The notes below the pieces were generated by a model. It was not told the origin of the DNA. It ran no database searches and saw only the letters and a list, made by a program, of their open reading frames with translations. From Octopus sinensis (lineage: Eukaryota): DNA of 20,804 nt. Positions 20,438 to 20,804 of this stretch are shown piece by piece (the first letter of the stretch is position 1; the number at the start of each line of letters is the position of its first letter). Made by a program: the position numbers and the translations under genes. The stretch is from assembly GCF_006345805.1 (NCBI RefSeq), contig NW_021823932.1:1-20804 (forward strand). Direction: 5' to 3'.

Positions 20438-20438
<1 letters not shown>
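20198..20438. mobile_element. Tc1/mariner-type MITE, 241 bp
   Basis: Imperfect 23-bp TIRs (caggtttggccaaaagtcacccg / caggggacttttgggcaacccag, 18 of 23 match), TA on both sides, AT-rich non-coding interior. Confidence 0.75.
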
Positions 20439-20468
<30 letters not shown>

Positions 20469-20472
<4 letters not shown>

Positions 20473-20667
20473 CGTATATTTGCCATTTGAATATGGCTAA
20501 CCCCTAAGGGTGGATGCTACTGTAGTTTGTAACCCCAGGAGGACACCTCCTCCAGCTGGCTATAGACACACTTTCTGTGCCCTATCAGTATTTGCAAAGG
20601 GAAGCCATCCTTCCCGTCTTCAACTTATGATACACACAGACTCGAGTTTCAGAGTATTGACCCGTCA
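20469..20667 (-). mobile_element. ~200-bp element in (TA)n with a truncated hammerhead-like motif at its minus-strand 5' end
   Basis: Sharp (TA)n borders; minus strand TGAcgggtcaatactctGAAACTCGAGTC at 20667-20639. Confidence 0.4.
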
Positions 20668-20675
20668 TATATATA

Positions 20676-20717
<42 letters not shown>

Positions 20718-20804
20718 CACATTGGTGAGAGAACATACATCAAATTCGGGTCACGACTTTACATAACACCCCCGCTTCCATACATTTTATCAAATATAAA
20801 CCTT

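Noticed and set aside
20470-20667. TGACG/CGTCA termini as transposon TIRs
   Set aside because: Only 5 bp, and the right-hand one overlaps the hammerhead-like remnant; insufficient for a DNA transposon call.

Overview
Eukaryotic, repeat-saturated intronic or intergenic DNA. The SINE and microsatellite landscape suggests a coleoid cephalopod such as Octopus (inference, not verified). Most of the window is di-, tri- and tetranucleotide microsatellite plus copies of 3-4 tRNA-headed SINE families (labelled A-D here), several nested inside one another. It also holds LINE fragments (an L1/Tx1-like ORF2 C-terminus, an R4/Dong-like endonuclease 3' end and a probable R4/Dong-like N-terminal relic) and a Tc1/mariner-type MITE. 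Nearly all long ORFs in the track are translated microsatellites. The standout feature is a tandem array of five ~108-bp units at 1310-1815, each carrying an intact or degenerate minimal type I hammerhead ribozyme core (CUGAAGA-GGAGA caacc UCUCC-GAAA-palindromic stem III-UC). A sixth degenerate copy lies ~340 nt upstream, giving a retrozyme/Penelope-like arrangement. No complete host gene is recognisable; two non-repetitive islands (6708-7064 +, 14461-14718 -) may be coding exons.
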